Source: Eledone cirrhosa (lineage: Eukaryota). Taken from it: a stretch of 64,000 nucleotides of DNA. Position 1 is the stretch's first letter. Every line of letters begins with the position of its first letter. The translations under genes were made by a program, and so were the position numbers. The notes beneath the pieces are model-generated. The model saw only the letters and a program-made list of their open reading frames with translations, was not told the origin of the DNA and made no database searches. The stretch is from assembly GCA_964016885.1 (NCBI GenBank), contig OZ024748.1:35960001-36024000 (forward strand), read 5' to 3'. Below, in pieces: positions 11,958-26,500 of this stretch.

Positions 11958-12090
11958 ATGTTTGATAGTTTTGTTGTGTCAGCTTCTCTGCTGTCCGTTG
12001 TCATGACAATAGATATTAGCATCAGTTGCATCACCACCATCAGCATCAGTAGCTGCAGCAGCAACAGCAGTAGTAGTAGTAGTAGTAGTG

Positions 12091-12151
<61 letters not shown>

Positions 12152-12189
12152 AATCAGCAGCAGCAGGCTACAGTAGGAATTTCTTCCTC
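11958..12189 (-). CDS. Possible host exon with poly-Leu tract (tentative)
   Basis: AG acceptor at 12190-12191, GTAAGT donor at 11952-11957; frame reads GRNSYCSLLLL...MLMVVMQLMLISIVMTTDSREADTTKLSN; much of it is (CTA)n. Confidence 0.2.
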
Positions 12190-12297
12190 CTTAGAATTAC
12201 ATATACACATACACACACATACATAAATATACATACACACGCATACATTCACATACACACACACAGTGGCCAGCCAACTGGCGACACTACAGCCATG

Positions 12298-13085
12298 TGA
12301 TGGTTGTAGTGGTGATTGTAGTGGTTGTAGGGTGGTGGTGGTTGTGGTTGTAGTGGTGGTTGTAGGGTGGTGGTGCTTGTGGTTGTAGTGGTGTTTGTAG
12401 TGGTTGTAGGGTGGTGGTGGTTGTGGTTGTAGTGGTTGTAGGGTGGTGGTGGTTGTGGTTGTAGTGGTTGTAGGTGGTAGTGGTTGTGGTTGTAGTGGTT
12501 GTAGGGTGGTGGTGGTTGTGGTTGTAGTGGTTGTAGGGTGGTGGTGGTTGTGGTGGTGGTTGTGGTTGTAGTGGTGGTTGTAGTGGTTGTAGAGTGGTGG
12601 TGGTGGTTGTAGTGGTTGTAGGGGTGGTGGTGGTGGTGGTTGTACTGGTTGTAGTGGTTATAGTGGTGGTGGTGGTGGTTGTAGTGGTGGTGGTGGTGGT
12701 GGTTGTACTGGTTGTAGTGGTTGTAGTGGTGGTGGTGGTGGTTGTAGTGGTGGTGGTGGTAGTAGAGGTGGTGATGTTATTATTAATGGTGGTGGTGGTG
12801 GTGGTAGTAGAGGTGGTGATCTTATATTTAATGGTGGTGGTGGAGGTGGTGGAGGTGGGGAGAGTTGTGGCGGTGGTGATGAGGGTGTAGTGGTGGAGGT
12901 GGTGGTGGCGGTGAGGGTGTGGTATTGGTGAGGATGGTGGCGGTGGTGGTGGTGAGGGTGTGGATGGTGGTGGTGATGAGGGAGGTGGTGATGATGGCGG
13001 TGGTGGAGGAGGTGGTGTTGGTGGTGTTGGTGGTGAGGGTGTGGTGTTGATGAGGATGATGGTGGTGGTGGTGATGGTTATGATG
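12298..13085. repeat. GTG/GTT/GTA-rich compound trinucleotide low-complexity tract
   Basis: Direct inspection. Confidence 0.9.
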
Positions 13086-13170
13086 GAAAATGATAATACA
13101 TTAACTTTAGAAAAAACATTCGACACTCCATAAAAGTCCGATTTAGAACGCCGATAGATGTTTCCAGATG

Positions 13171-13253
13171 TCCAGTTGTGCTCCAGACGTTCAGTTGTGC
13201 TCCAGACGACCAGTTGTGCTCCAGACGACCAGTTGTGCTCCAGACGACCAGTT
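13171..13253. repeat. 19-bp tandem repeat ccagttgtgctccagacga, ~4 copies
   Basis: Direct inspection. Confidence 0.9.
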
Positions 13254-13305
13254 AGGATCCAATAAGTCCAGTTGGGTTCCACATCACGAAATATAACTGC
13301 AATGG

Positions 13306-13448
13306 TCAGTTTTGGGCCGGACGTCCCAATTTCGAAACTGTCCGGTCATCGGGTCTCGGACCTTTCCTGCTGCGATCCAAACACGGTTCTCCTGGGATTG
13401 AGACTTTAACGAGCGGGGGATAAACTTTTACGTCAACATGGAAGTGAA
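13306..13448 (-). CDS. Possible terminal host exon (tentative)
   Basis: CpG-rich complex island after (TG)n + AG; one open frame HFHVDVKVYPPLVKVSIPGEPCLDRSRKGPRPDDRTVSKLGRPAQN*; no family recognised. Confidence 0.25.
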
Positions 13449-13451
13449 CTA

Positions 13452-13925
13452 ACACACGCACAGATACACAGACACAGACACACACACACACACACACAAG
13501 CAGTGACACACACGCACAGATACACAGACACGGCGACATACACAGACACACAGATAGACAGATACACATACACATAGACACAGTGTCAGACAGACACACA
13601 GAGACACACAGACACACAGTCACACTGACACACACAGGCAGTGACACACAGTCACACAGACACACACAGGCAGTGATACACGCGCAGAGACACGGCGACA
13701 TACACAGACACACAGACACACAGATACACAGACACACAGATACACAGATACACAGACACACAGACACACAGATACACAGACACACAGATACACAGACACA
13801 GTGACAGACAGACACACAGAGACACACGCACACACAGACAGACACACACACACTCACAGATACAGGCAGTGACACACACGCACAGAGACACACGGACACA
13901 CACACATACAGAAACACAGACACAC
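13452..13925. repeat. CA/CAGA-rich degenerate microsatellite
   Basis: Direct inspection. Confidence 0.9.
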
Positions 13926-14123
13926 AAAAACATAGGCATATGTATTTGTCGATAGATATATGTATTAAAAAAGATATCTTTACAAGAGTGCCACCTATCG
14001 GACGGCAGGTAAACTAGAATATAGTAAATGAAGAAAAAGTGAGAACAAAAAGAACCTAACCACTAAGATTACTAAACTCCATCCCCGTCAGCACTAATAC
14101 CACCACCACCACTACAACTACCA

Positions 14124-14154
<31 letters not shown>

Positions 14155-14306
14155 CACTACCGCTATGACCAGCTCCGTCACCACCCTACCACCACCACTT
14201 CTACCACCACTACCACTACCACCACCAAGTGTAATTTTAACCCCACGCGCACCTACAAACTAACAGCATTCCCTCTCTCTCCATCTCTCTATCTCTCCAT
14301 CTCTCT

Positions 14307-14344
<38 letters not shown>

Positions 14345-14349
<5 letters not shown>

Positions 14350-14366
14350 CACACACGCATATATAC

Positions 14367-14463
<97 letters not shown>

Positions 14464-14650
14464 ATTATATAAACACGCATATATACATATATATATATAC
14501 ACACACACACATATATATATATATATACATAAACACGGATATATACATATATATATATACACACACACATATATATATACACACATATATATACACACAC
14601 ATATATATATATATACACACAATTATATAAACACGCATATATACATACAC

Positions 14651-14681
<31 letters not shown>

Positions 14682-15796
14682 TATATACCCACATATATAT
14701 ATATACACAATTATATAAACACGCATATATACATATATATATATTTACACACACATATATATATATACACACACACACATATACACACACACATATATAT
14801 ATACACACACACACATATATATATACACACACACATATATACACACACACATATATATATATATACACACAATTATATAAACACGCATATATACATATAT
14901 ATATATACACACACACATATATATATATACACACAATTATATAAACACGCATATATACATATATATATATATATACACACACACATATATATATACACAC
15001 ACACATATATACACACACATATATATATACACAATTATATAAACACGCATATATACATATATATATATACACACACATATATATATACACACAATTATAC
15101 AAACACGCATATATACATATATATATATACACACACACACACATATATATATATACACACACACATATATACACACACATATATATATATACACACAATT
15201 ATATAAACACGCATATATACATATATATATATATACACACACACATATATATATATACACACACACATATATACACACACACATACATATATACACACAA
15301 TTATATAAACACGCATATATACATATATATATATACACACACACATATATATATATACACACACATATATACACACACATATATATATACACACAATTAT
15401 ATAAACACGCATATATACATATATATATACACACACACATATATATATATATATACACACACACATATATACACACACACATATATATATATACACACAA
15501 TTATATAAACACGCATATATACATATATATATATATACACACACATATATATATATATACACACACACACATATATACACACACATATATATATACACAC
15601 TATTATATAAACACGCATATATACATATATATATACACACACACATATATATACACAGAATTATATAAACACGCATATATACATATATATATATACACAC
15701 ACACATATATATATATATATACACACACACATATATACACACACATATATATATATACACACAATTATATAAACACGCATATATACATATATATAT

Positions 15797-15829
<33 letters not shown>

Positions 15830-15910
15830 CACACACACATATATACACACATACATATATATATACACACAATTATATAAACACGCATATATACATATAT
15901 AGATATACAC
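14345..15910. repeat. Compound minisatellite: anchor aattatataaacacgcatatatacat plus variable (TA)n/(CA)n
   Basis: Anchor recurs every ~60-160 bp (14463, 14621, 14709, 14871, 14934, 15033 ...). Confidence 0.9.
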
Positions 15911-16217
15911 ATTAAACTCTTCATTATTTTCATATCAGGTCTCCTCTGATATATTCAATTACTTTGGAGGGAAGTTTTCTTTGCCATTGTTGTTGTTATT
16001 GTAGTAGTTGTTGTCTGTTGTTATTGTTGTTGTTATTGTTGTTGTTATTGTCTGTTGTTATTGTTGTTGTTATTGTTGTTGTTACTGTTGTTGTTAGTGT
16101 TGCTGGTAGTTTGCTTGTTATATAAATATTTATCATCATTATTACTTATTATTGTCATTGTACATATTGTTATCAACATCAATATCATCATCATCATCAT
16201 TATTATTATTATTATCA

Positions 16218-16281
<64 letters not shown>

Positions 16282-16409
16282 TATTGTTATTATTGGTGTT
16301 GTTTGTTTGTTTGCTGTGTTTTCTTTATCTTAACATTTCTCCGTCTGCTGTTATCTTCTGGCGAGTTGAAATATCTCTGGTATTTATAATATACTCAAAT
16401 AGCAACTAC

Positions 16410-17100
16410 AATAACAACAACAATGCAACTACAATAACAACAACAATACAACTACAATAACTACAACAATACAACTACAATAACAACAACAATACAACTA
16501 CAATAACTACAACAATACAACTACAATAACAACAACAATACAACTACAATAACAACAACAATACAACTACAATAACTACAACAATACAACTACAATAACA
16601 ACAACAATACAACTACAATAACAACAACAATACAACTACAATAACAACAACAATACAACTACAATAACAACAACAATACAACTACAATAACAACAACAAT
16701 ACAACTACAATAACAACTACACTAACAACAACAATACAACTACAATAACAACAACAATACAACTACAATAACAACAACAATACAACTACAATAACAACAA
16801 CAATACAACTACAATAACTACAACAATACAACTACAATAACAACAACAATACAACTACAATAACAACAACAATACAACTACAATAACAACAACAATACAA
16901 CTACAATAACAACAACAATACAACTACAATAACTACAACAATACAACTACAATAACTACAACAATACAACTACAATAACAACAACAATACAACTACAATA
17001 ACAACAACAATACAACTACAATAACAACAACAATACAACTACAATAACAACAACAATACAACTACAATAACAACAACAATACAACTACAATAATAACAAC
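16410..17100. repeat. 23-bp minisatellite acaactacaataac(a/t)acaacaat
   Basis: Period 23 (e.g. 16541, 16564). Confidence 0.9.
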
Positions 17101-17119
17101 ACTACCTCTTTAGCTGTAA

Positions 17120-17419
17120 CATCATCACCATCACCACCAACACCAACACCAACACCACCACCACAAACACCACCATCACCACCACCACCATCATCACTAC
17201 CACCACCACCACCATCACCACCACCATCACCACCACCACCACCACCACCACCACCACCACCATCACCACCACCATCACCACCACCACCACCACCATCACC
17301 ACCATCACCACCACATCACCACCACCACCACCACTATCACCACCACCACCACCACCACCACCACCACCACCACCACCACCACCACCACCACCACCACCAC
17401 CACCACCACCACCACCACC

Positions 17420-17477
<58 letters not shown>

Positions 17478-18866
17478 TAACCTCAGCTGTTGCACAGATC
17501 AACACTTTAACCTATACTCCCGAAACACACACACACACCACACATATATATATATACCGCATCTACAACGGTACCGTAACAGCAATAACCACACACTACC
17601 ACCACCACCACCACCACTACGCCACTACCACACCACCACCACACCACCACCACTACCACCACCACACCACTATCACCACAACCACCACCACTCCACCACC
17701 ACCACCACCACAACCACAACTACACCACCACCACCACAACCACCACCGCCTCAACCACCACATCACCACCACCACTACATCACCACCACCACAAACACCA
17801 CATGACCACCACCACTACATCACTACCACCACCACTATAACACCACCGTCTCCACTACAACACCACCACAACCAACACATCACCGCCACCACTACATCAC
17901 TACCACCACTACATCACTACCACCAGTACAACACCACCACAAACACCACATCACCACCAGCACTACAACACTACCACCACCACTACAACACCACCATCAC
18001 TACAACACCACCACCACAACATCACAACAACCACCACATCACCACCACCACTACAACACCACCACCACTACATCACTTCCACCACCACTACACCACCACC
18101 ACTACAACACCTCCACCACCACTACAACACCACCACCACTACATCACCACCACCACTACATCACAACCACCGCCACCACTACACCATCACCACCACTACA
18201 TCACTTCCACCACCACTACACCACCGCCACTACAACTACAACACAACCACCACTACATCACTCCCACCACCACTACACCATCACCACCACTACATCATTT
18301 CAACCACCACTACACCACCACCACCACCACTACATCACTAACAACACCACCACTACATCACTTCCACCACCACTACACCATCACCACGACTACATCACTT
18401 CAACCACCACTACACCACCACCACCACCACCACTACATCACTACCAACACCACCACTACATCACTTCCACCACCACTACACTACCACCACCGCTACATCA
18501 CTTCCACCACCACCACCACTACATCACTACCACCACCACTACACCACCACCACCGCTACATCACTTCCACCACCACTACACCACCACCACCACCACCATT
18601 ACAACACCACCACCACTACATCACTTCCATGACCACCACCACCACTACTACAACACCACTACCACCATCATCAGCGTGGACTAGTTTTCCTCTCAATCCA
18701 TCCAAGTCTTGGAGTGTTCAGCTGACTGGCAGCAAAGCCGGTCAGTAACAACAGCAGCAGTAGCAACAACAACAGTAGTAGTAATAACTGCAATAACAAC
18801 AACAGTAGTAACGTCATCTACTACTACTGCTACTACTACTACTACTACCACCAGCACCAGCACCAT

Positions 18867-18899
<33 letters not shown>

Positions 18900-18926
18900 C
18901 CCCACCCCCACCCCCACCACCACCAT

Positions 18927-18995
<69 letters not shown>

Positions 18996-19013
18996 CACCA
19001 CCACCACCACCAT

Positions 19014-19076
<63 letters not shown>

Positions 19077-19091
19077 CACCACCACCACCAT

Positions 19092-19138
<47 letters not shown>

Positions 19139-19139
19139 T

Positions 19140-19196
<57 letters not shown>

Positions 19197-19247
19197 TACC
19201 CCCCACCCCCACCACCACCATTACTACTACTACTACTACTGCTACTG

Positions 19248-19282
<35 letters not shown>

Positions 19283-19283
19283 G

Positions 19284-19315
<32 letters not shown>
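17120..19315. repeat. (CAC)n/(TAC)n low-complexity tracts with short complex islands
   Basis: Direct inspection. Confidence 0.9.
18675..18740 (+). CDS. Possible 66-bp host exon (phase 1-1)
   Basis: cAG...GTCAGT boundaries; only one open frame: WTSFPLNPSKSWSVQLTGSKA. Confidence 0.35.
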
Positions 19316-19316
<1 letters not shown>

Positions 19317-19547
19317 ATACTAGTTGCAGTCATAATATCTACTTCACCTATAGAATCAGTTGTGAGAACGACGACTGCAGCAGCAGCAACAACAATAACT
19401 ACAACTGCAACAACTACAACAACAACAAGAGCAACAACAGTAATTAAAGACATACATAGGCAGTAACATAACTCAATACAGCGGCAGCAACAACAACAAC
19501 AACACTGTCAACAATAGCATTAAGAATACGTTAACAAACCTATAACC

Positions 19548-20575
19548 ACAACTGTAACAACAATAACAACTGTAACAACTGTAACAACTGTAACAACTGT
19601 AACAACAACAACAACTGTAACAACTGTAACAACTGTAACAACTGTAACAACTGTAACAACAACAACAACTGTAACAACTGTAACAACTGTAACAACAACA
19701 ACTGTAACAACTGTAACAATAACAATGTAACAACTGTAACAACAATAACAACAATAACAACTGTAACAACTGTAACAACTGTAACAACTGTAACAACTGT
19801 AACAATAACAACTGTAACAACTGTAACAACTGTAACAATAACAACTGTAACAACTGTAACAACTGTAACAATAACAACTGTAACAACTGTAACAACTGTA
19901 ACAACTGTAACAACTGTAACAATAACAACTGTAACAACTGTAACAACTGTAACAACTGTAACAACTGTAACAACTGTAACAATAACAACTGTAACAACTG
20001 TAACAACAGTAACAACTGTAACAATAACAACTGTAACAACTGTAACAATAACAACTGTAACAACTGTAACAACAGTAACAACTGTAACAATAACAACTGT
20101 AACAACTGTAACAACAGTAACAACTGTAACAATAACAACTGTAACAACTGTAACAACTGTAACAACTGTAACAACTGTAACAACTGTAACAATAACAACT
20201 GTAACAACTGTAACAACAATAACAACAATAACAACTGTAACAACTGTAACAACTGTAACAACTGTAACAACTGTAACAATAACAACTGTAACAACTGTAA
20301 CAACAATAACAACAATAACAACAATAACAACTGTAACAACTGTAACAACTGTAACAACTGTAACAACTGTAACAACTGTAACAATAACAACTGTAACAAC
20401 TGTAACAACTGTAACAATAACAACTGTAACAACTGTAACAACAATAACAACAATAACAACAATAACAACTGTAACAACTGTAACAACTGTAACAACTGTA
20501 ATAACAGTAACAACAACAACAATAACAACAGCAACAACAATAACAACTGTAACAACAATAACAACTGTAACAACT
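19548..20575. repeat. 9-bp minisatellite acaactgta interspersed with acaata
   Basis: Direct inspection. Confidence 0.92.
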
Positions 20576-21014
20576 AACAACAACAACAATAACAACAGCA
20601 ACAACAGTAACAATAACACCAGTAACAACAACAACAATAACAACAAACACAGCTGTAACAACAACAACAACAACAACAGTAACAATAACAGCAGTAACAA
20701 CAACAACAACAACAGCAGTATCAATAGCAACAACAGAAATGTCCGACAGAGTTTGAAGCAAGGAATTAACTAAAGAAAAGTTAAAGTAATGGCGACTGTT
20801 GCAACAACAACAACTACAACAGCAAAAACAATACTAACAACAACTACATACAGAGATAATTATATATAATAATTATATATATATATATATATATATATAC
20901 TGACATACATACATAAATACATACATACATACATACATATGTATGTATATATATATATATAATTATATCAGAAGTTATAGAAAAGTTTGACACAATCCCC
21001 TCACCACCGTAAAT

Positions 21015-21305
21015 ATACACCGTTATATACACACCGTTATATACACACCGTTATATATACACAGTTATATATACACCGTTATATATACACAGTTATATAC
21101 ACACCGTTATATACACACCGTTATATACACACCGTTATATATACACAGTTATATATAGACAGTTATATATACACAGTTATATACACACCGTTATATGCAC
21201 ACCGTTATATACACACCGTTATATACACACAGTTATATACACACGCTTATATATACACACGCTTATATATACACGCGCTTATATACACACCGTTATATAC
21301 ACACC
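21015..21305. repeat. 13/15-bp minisatellite acac(c/a)gttatatac
   Basis: Direct inspection. Confidence 0.9.
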
Positions 21306-21399
21306 CAGTCAGACAACACACCTAACCAAAGCTAGAATACTCACTCACCTCCTGCCCCAAGCCACAACACACATAAAAAACACTCTCCCCAGCTGTAAA

Positions 21400-22985
21400 C
21401 CACACCACACCACACTACAGCACACTACACTACACCACAGTACACCACACCACACTACACCACACTACACTATACCACACTACACTATACTACACTACAC
21501 CACACCACACTACACTACACCACACGACTCTACACCACACCACACTACACCACACTACACTACACTACACCACACTACACCACACCACACTACACCACAC
21601 CACACTACACCACACTACACTACACTACACCAAGCCACACTACACCACACTACACTACACCACACCATACCACACTACACCACACTACACTACACCACAC
21701 CGCACTACACCACACTACACTACACTACACCACACCCCACTACACTACACCACACTACACTACACTACACCAAACCACACTACACCACACTACACCACAC
21801 TACACTACACCACACTACACTACACCCACCACACTACACCACACTACACCACACTACACTACACCACACTACACCACACTACACTACAGCACACTACACT
21901 ACACTACACTACACTACACTACACTACACTACACTACACTACACTACACTACACTACACTACACTACACCACACTACACTACAATACACTACACTACACC
22001 ACACTACACCACACACTACACTACACCACACTACACTACACCACACTACACCAAACCACACTACACTACACTACACCAAACCACACTACACCACACCACA
22101 CTACACCACACTACACTACACTACACCACACCACACTACACTACACCACACTACACTACACTACACTACACCAAACCACACTACACCACACTACACTACA
22201 CCACACCACACTACACCACACACTACACTACACTACACTACACCACACTACACTACACTACACTACACTACACTACACTACACTACACTACACTACACTA
22301 CACCACACTAAACCACACTACAGCACACACCACACTACACTACACCACACTACACTACACCACACTACACCAAACCACACTACACTACACCAAACCACAC
22401 TACACCACACTACACTACACCACACCACACTACACCACACACTACACTACACTACACTACACCACACTACACTACACTACACTACACTACACTACACTAC
22501 ACTACCCTACACTACACTACACTACACCACACTAAACCACACTACAGCACACACCACACTACACTACACCACACTACACTACACCACACTACATCAAATC
22601 ACACTACACTACACATCACACTACACCACACAACACCACACCAGACTACACCACACCACACTACACCACACCACACCACACTACATTACACCACACTACA
22701 CCACACTACACTACACCACACTACACTACACTACACTACACTACACTACACTACACTACACTACACTACACTACACTAAACCACACTACACCACACCACA
22801 CTACAGCACACACCACACTACACTACACCACACTACATCAAATCACACTACACTACACATCACACTACACTACACTACATCACACTACACCACACCACAC
22901 CACACCAGACTACACCACACCACACTACACCACACCACACTACATTACACCACACTACATCACACTACACCTCACCACACTACAC
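21400..22985. repeat. Pentanucleotide satellite (CACTA/CACCA)n
   Basis: Direct inspection. Confidence 0.93.
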
Positions 22986-23022
22986 AACTTAAATTGCAGA
23001 CATCTTCAGAAACACCACCGTA

Positions 23023-23067
<45 letters not shown>

Positions 23068-23140
23068 GCATTAACAACAAACCCCTCCAGCCGACCCCAA
23101 TGATCAAACGTAACACGTCTCTGTTCTTACTCCCCCTCAG

Positions 23141-23289
23141 CACCAAACAGATCCCGTTCACCGTACCCCCACATGGCACCCCCCAGGTGTCGCGTCGATC
23201 GAGCAGATCACTCGGAGAGGAACACACGGCTGGATACGGATCTGAGCCTTCGTCACCAGCGTTGAAACGTCCTTCGGTGGAGATACCGG
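23141..23289 (+). CDS. Probable internal host exon, Ser/Pro/Arg-rich
   Basis: Polypyrimidine tract tctctgttcttactccccctcAG, donor G|GTAAGT at 23290; single open frame TKQIPFTVPPHGTPQVSRRSSRSLGEEHTAGYGSEPSSPALKRPSVEIP. Confidence 0.6.
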
Positions 23290-23319
23290 GTAAGTGCAAA
23301 CTTTACTACTACTGCTCTA

Positions 23320-23373
<54 letters not shown>

Positions 23374-23374
23374 G

Positions 23375-23406
<32 letters not shown>

Positions 23407-23413
23407 GCTGCTG

Positions 23414-23451
<38 letters not shown>

Positions 23452-23550
23452 GCTACTACAAATCTTCCATCTATCATACATTACAGTTTTAAGAAATATC
23501 TGAAACGTCCAGGAGAAATTTGATAATACATTTCTAGTCGTATGTCACAC

Positions 23551-26500
23551 TGTCACCCAGTCTAATACCCCCACCTGTCTCGTGGGTGCTAGACTTAATC
23601 TGTCACCCAGTCTAATACCCCCACCTGTCTCGTGGGTGGTAGACTTAATCTGTCACCCAGTCTAATACCCCCACCTGTCTCGTGGGTGGTAGACTTAATC
23701 TGTTACCCAGTCTAATACCCCCACCTGTCTCGTGGGTGGTAGATTTAATCTGTTACCCAGTCTAATACCCCCACCTGTCTCGTGGGTGGTAGATTTAATC
23801 TGTTACCCAGTCTAATACCCCCACCTGTCTCGTGGGTGCTAGACTTAATCTGTTACCCAGTCTAATACCCCCACCTGTCTCGTGGGTGGTAGACTTAATC
23901 TGTCACCCAGTCTAATACCCCCACCTGTCTCGTGGGTGGTAGACTTAATCTGTCACCCAGTCTAATACCCCCACCTGTCTCGTGGGTGGTAGACTTAATC
24001 TGTCACCCAGTCTAATACCCCCACCTGTCTCGTGGGTGGTAGACTTAATCTGTCACCCAGTCTAATACCCCCACCTGTCTCGTGGGTGCTAGACTTAATC
24101 TGTCACCCAGTCTAATACCCCCACCTGTCTCGTGGGTGGTAGACTTAATCTGTCACCCAGTCTAATACCCCCACCTGTCTCGTGGGTGGTAGATTTAATC
24201 TGTCACGCAGTCTAATACACCGACCTGTCTCGTGGGTGGTAGATTTAATCTGTCACCCAGTCTAATACACCGACCTGTCTCGTGGGTGCTAGACTTAATC
24301 TGTTACCCAGTCTAATACCGCCACCTGTCTCGAGTGTGGTAGATTTAATCTGTCACCCAGTCTAATACACCGACCTGTCTCGTGGGTGCTAGACTTAATC
24401 TGTCACCCAGTCTAATACCGCCACCTGTCTCGAGTGTGGTAGATTTAATCTGTCACCCAGTCTAATACACCGACCTGTCTCGTGGGTGCTAGACTTAATC
24501 TGTTACCCAGTCTAATACCCCCACCTGTCTCGAGTGTGGTAGATTTAATCTGTCACCCAGTCTAATACACCGACCTGTCTCGTGGGTGCTAGACTTAATC
24601 TGTTACCCAGTGTAATACTCCCACCTGTCTCGTGGGTGGTAGATTTAATCTGTCACCCAGTCTAATACACCGACCTGTCTCGTGGGTGCTAGACTTAATC
24701 TGTTACCCAGTCTAATACACCGACCTGTCTCGTGGGTGCTAGACTTAATCTGTTACCCAGTCTAATACCCCCACCTGTCTCGTGGGTGGTAGATTTAATC
24801 TGTCACCCAGTCTAATACATCGACCTGTCTCGTGGGTGCTAGACTTAATCTGTTACCCAGTCTAATACTCCCACCTGTCTCGAGTGTGGTAGATTTAATC
24901 TGTCACCTAGTCTAATACACCGACCTGTCTCGTGGGTGCTAGACTTAATCTGTCACCCAGTCTAATACCCCCACCTGTCTCGTGGGTGGTAGACTTAATC
25001 TGTCACCCAGTCTAATACCCCCACCTGTCTCGTGGGTGGTAGACTTAATCTGTCACCCAGTCTAATACCCCCACCTGTCTCGTGGGTGGTAGACTTAATC
25101 TGTCACCCAGTCTAATACCCCCACCTGTCTCGTGGGTGCTAGACTTAATCTGTCACCCAGTCTAATACCCCCACCTGTCTCGTGGGTGGTAGACTTAATC
25201 TGTCACCCAGTCTAATACCCCCACCTGTCTCGTGGGTGGTAGATTTAATCTGTCACGCAGTCTAATACACCGACCTGTCTCGTGGGTGGTAGATTTAATC
25301 TGTCACCCAGTCTAATACACCGACCTGTCTCGTGGGTGCTAGACTTAATCTGTTACCCAGTCTAATACCGCCACCTGTCTCGAGTGTGGTAGATTTAATC
25401 TGTCACCCAGTCTAATACACCGACCTGTCTCGTGGGTGCTAGACTTAATCTGTCACCCAGTCTAATACCGCCACCTGTCTCGAGTGTGGTAGATTTAATC
25501 TGTCACCCAGTCTAATACACCGACCTGTCTCGTGGGTGCTAGACTTAATCTGTTACCCAGTCTAATACCCCCACCTGTCTCGAGTGTGGTAGATTTAATC
25601 TGTCACCCAGTCTAATACACCGACCTGTCTCGTGGGTGCTAGACTTAATCTGTTACCCAGTGTAATACTCCCACCTGTCTCGTGGGTGGTAGATTTAATC
25701 TGTCACCCAGTCTAATACACCGACCTGTCTCGTGGGTGCTAGACTTAATCTGTTACCCAGTCTAATACACCGACCTGTCTCGTGGGTGCTAGACTTAATC
25801 TGTTACCCAGTCTAATACCCCCACCTGTCTCGTGGGTGGTAGATTTAATCTGTCACCCAGTCTAATACATCGACCTGTCTCGTGGGTGCTAGACTTAATC
25901 TGTTACCCAGTCTAATACTCCCACCTGTCTCGAGTGTGGTAGATTTAATCTGTCACCTAGTCTAATACACCGACCTGTCTCGTGGGTGCTAGACTTAATC
26001 TGTTACCCAGTCTAATAGCCCCACCTGTCTCGTGGGTGGTAGATTTAATCTGTCACCCAGTCTAATACACCGACCTGTCTTGTGGGTGCTAGACTTAATC
26101 TGTCACCCAGTCTAATACACCGACCTGTCTCGTGGGTGGTAGACTTAATCTGTCACCTAGTCTAATACACCGACCTGTCTCGTGGGTGCTAGACTTAATC
26201 TGTTACCCAGTCTAATACCCCCACCTGTCTCGTGGGTGGTAGATTTAATCTGTCACCTAGTCTAATACACCGACCTGTCTCGTGGGTGCTAGACTTAATC
26301 TGTTACCCAGTCTAATACCCCCACCTGTATCGTGGGTGGTAGATTTAATCTGTCACCCAGTCTAATACACCGACCTGTCTCGTGGGTGGTAGACTTAATC
26401 TGTCACCCAGTCTAATACACCGACCTGTCTCGTAGGTGGTAGACTTAATCTGTTACCCAGTCTAATACTCCCACCTGTCTCGAGTGTGGTAGATTTAATC

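Noticed and set aside
12287-21325. Long Thr-, Val-, Leu/Gln-, Cys/Tyr-rich ORFs (mucin- or metallothionein-like)
   Set aside because: Translations of tri-, 9- and dinucleotide repeats open in several frames and both strands
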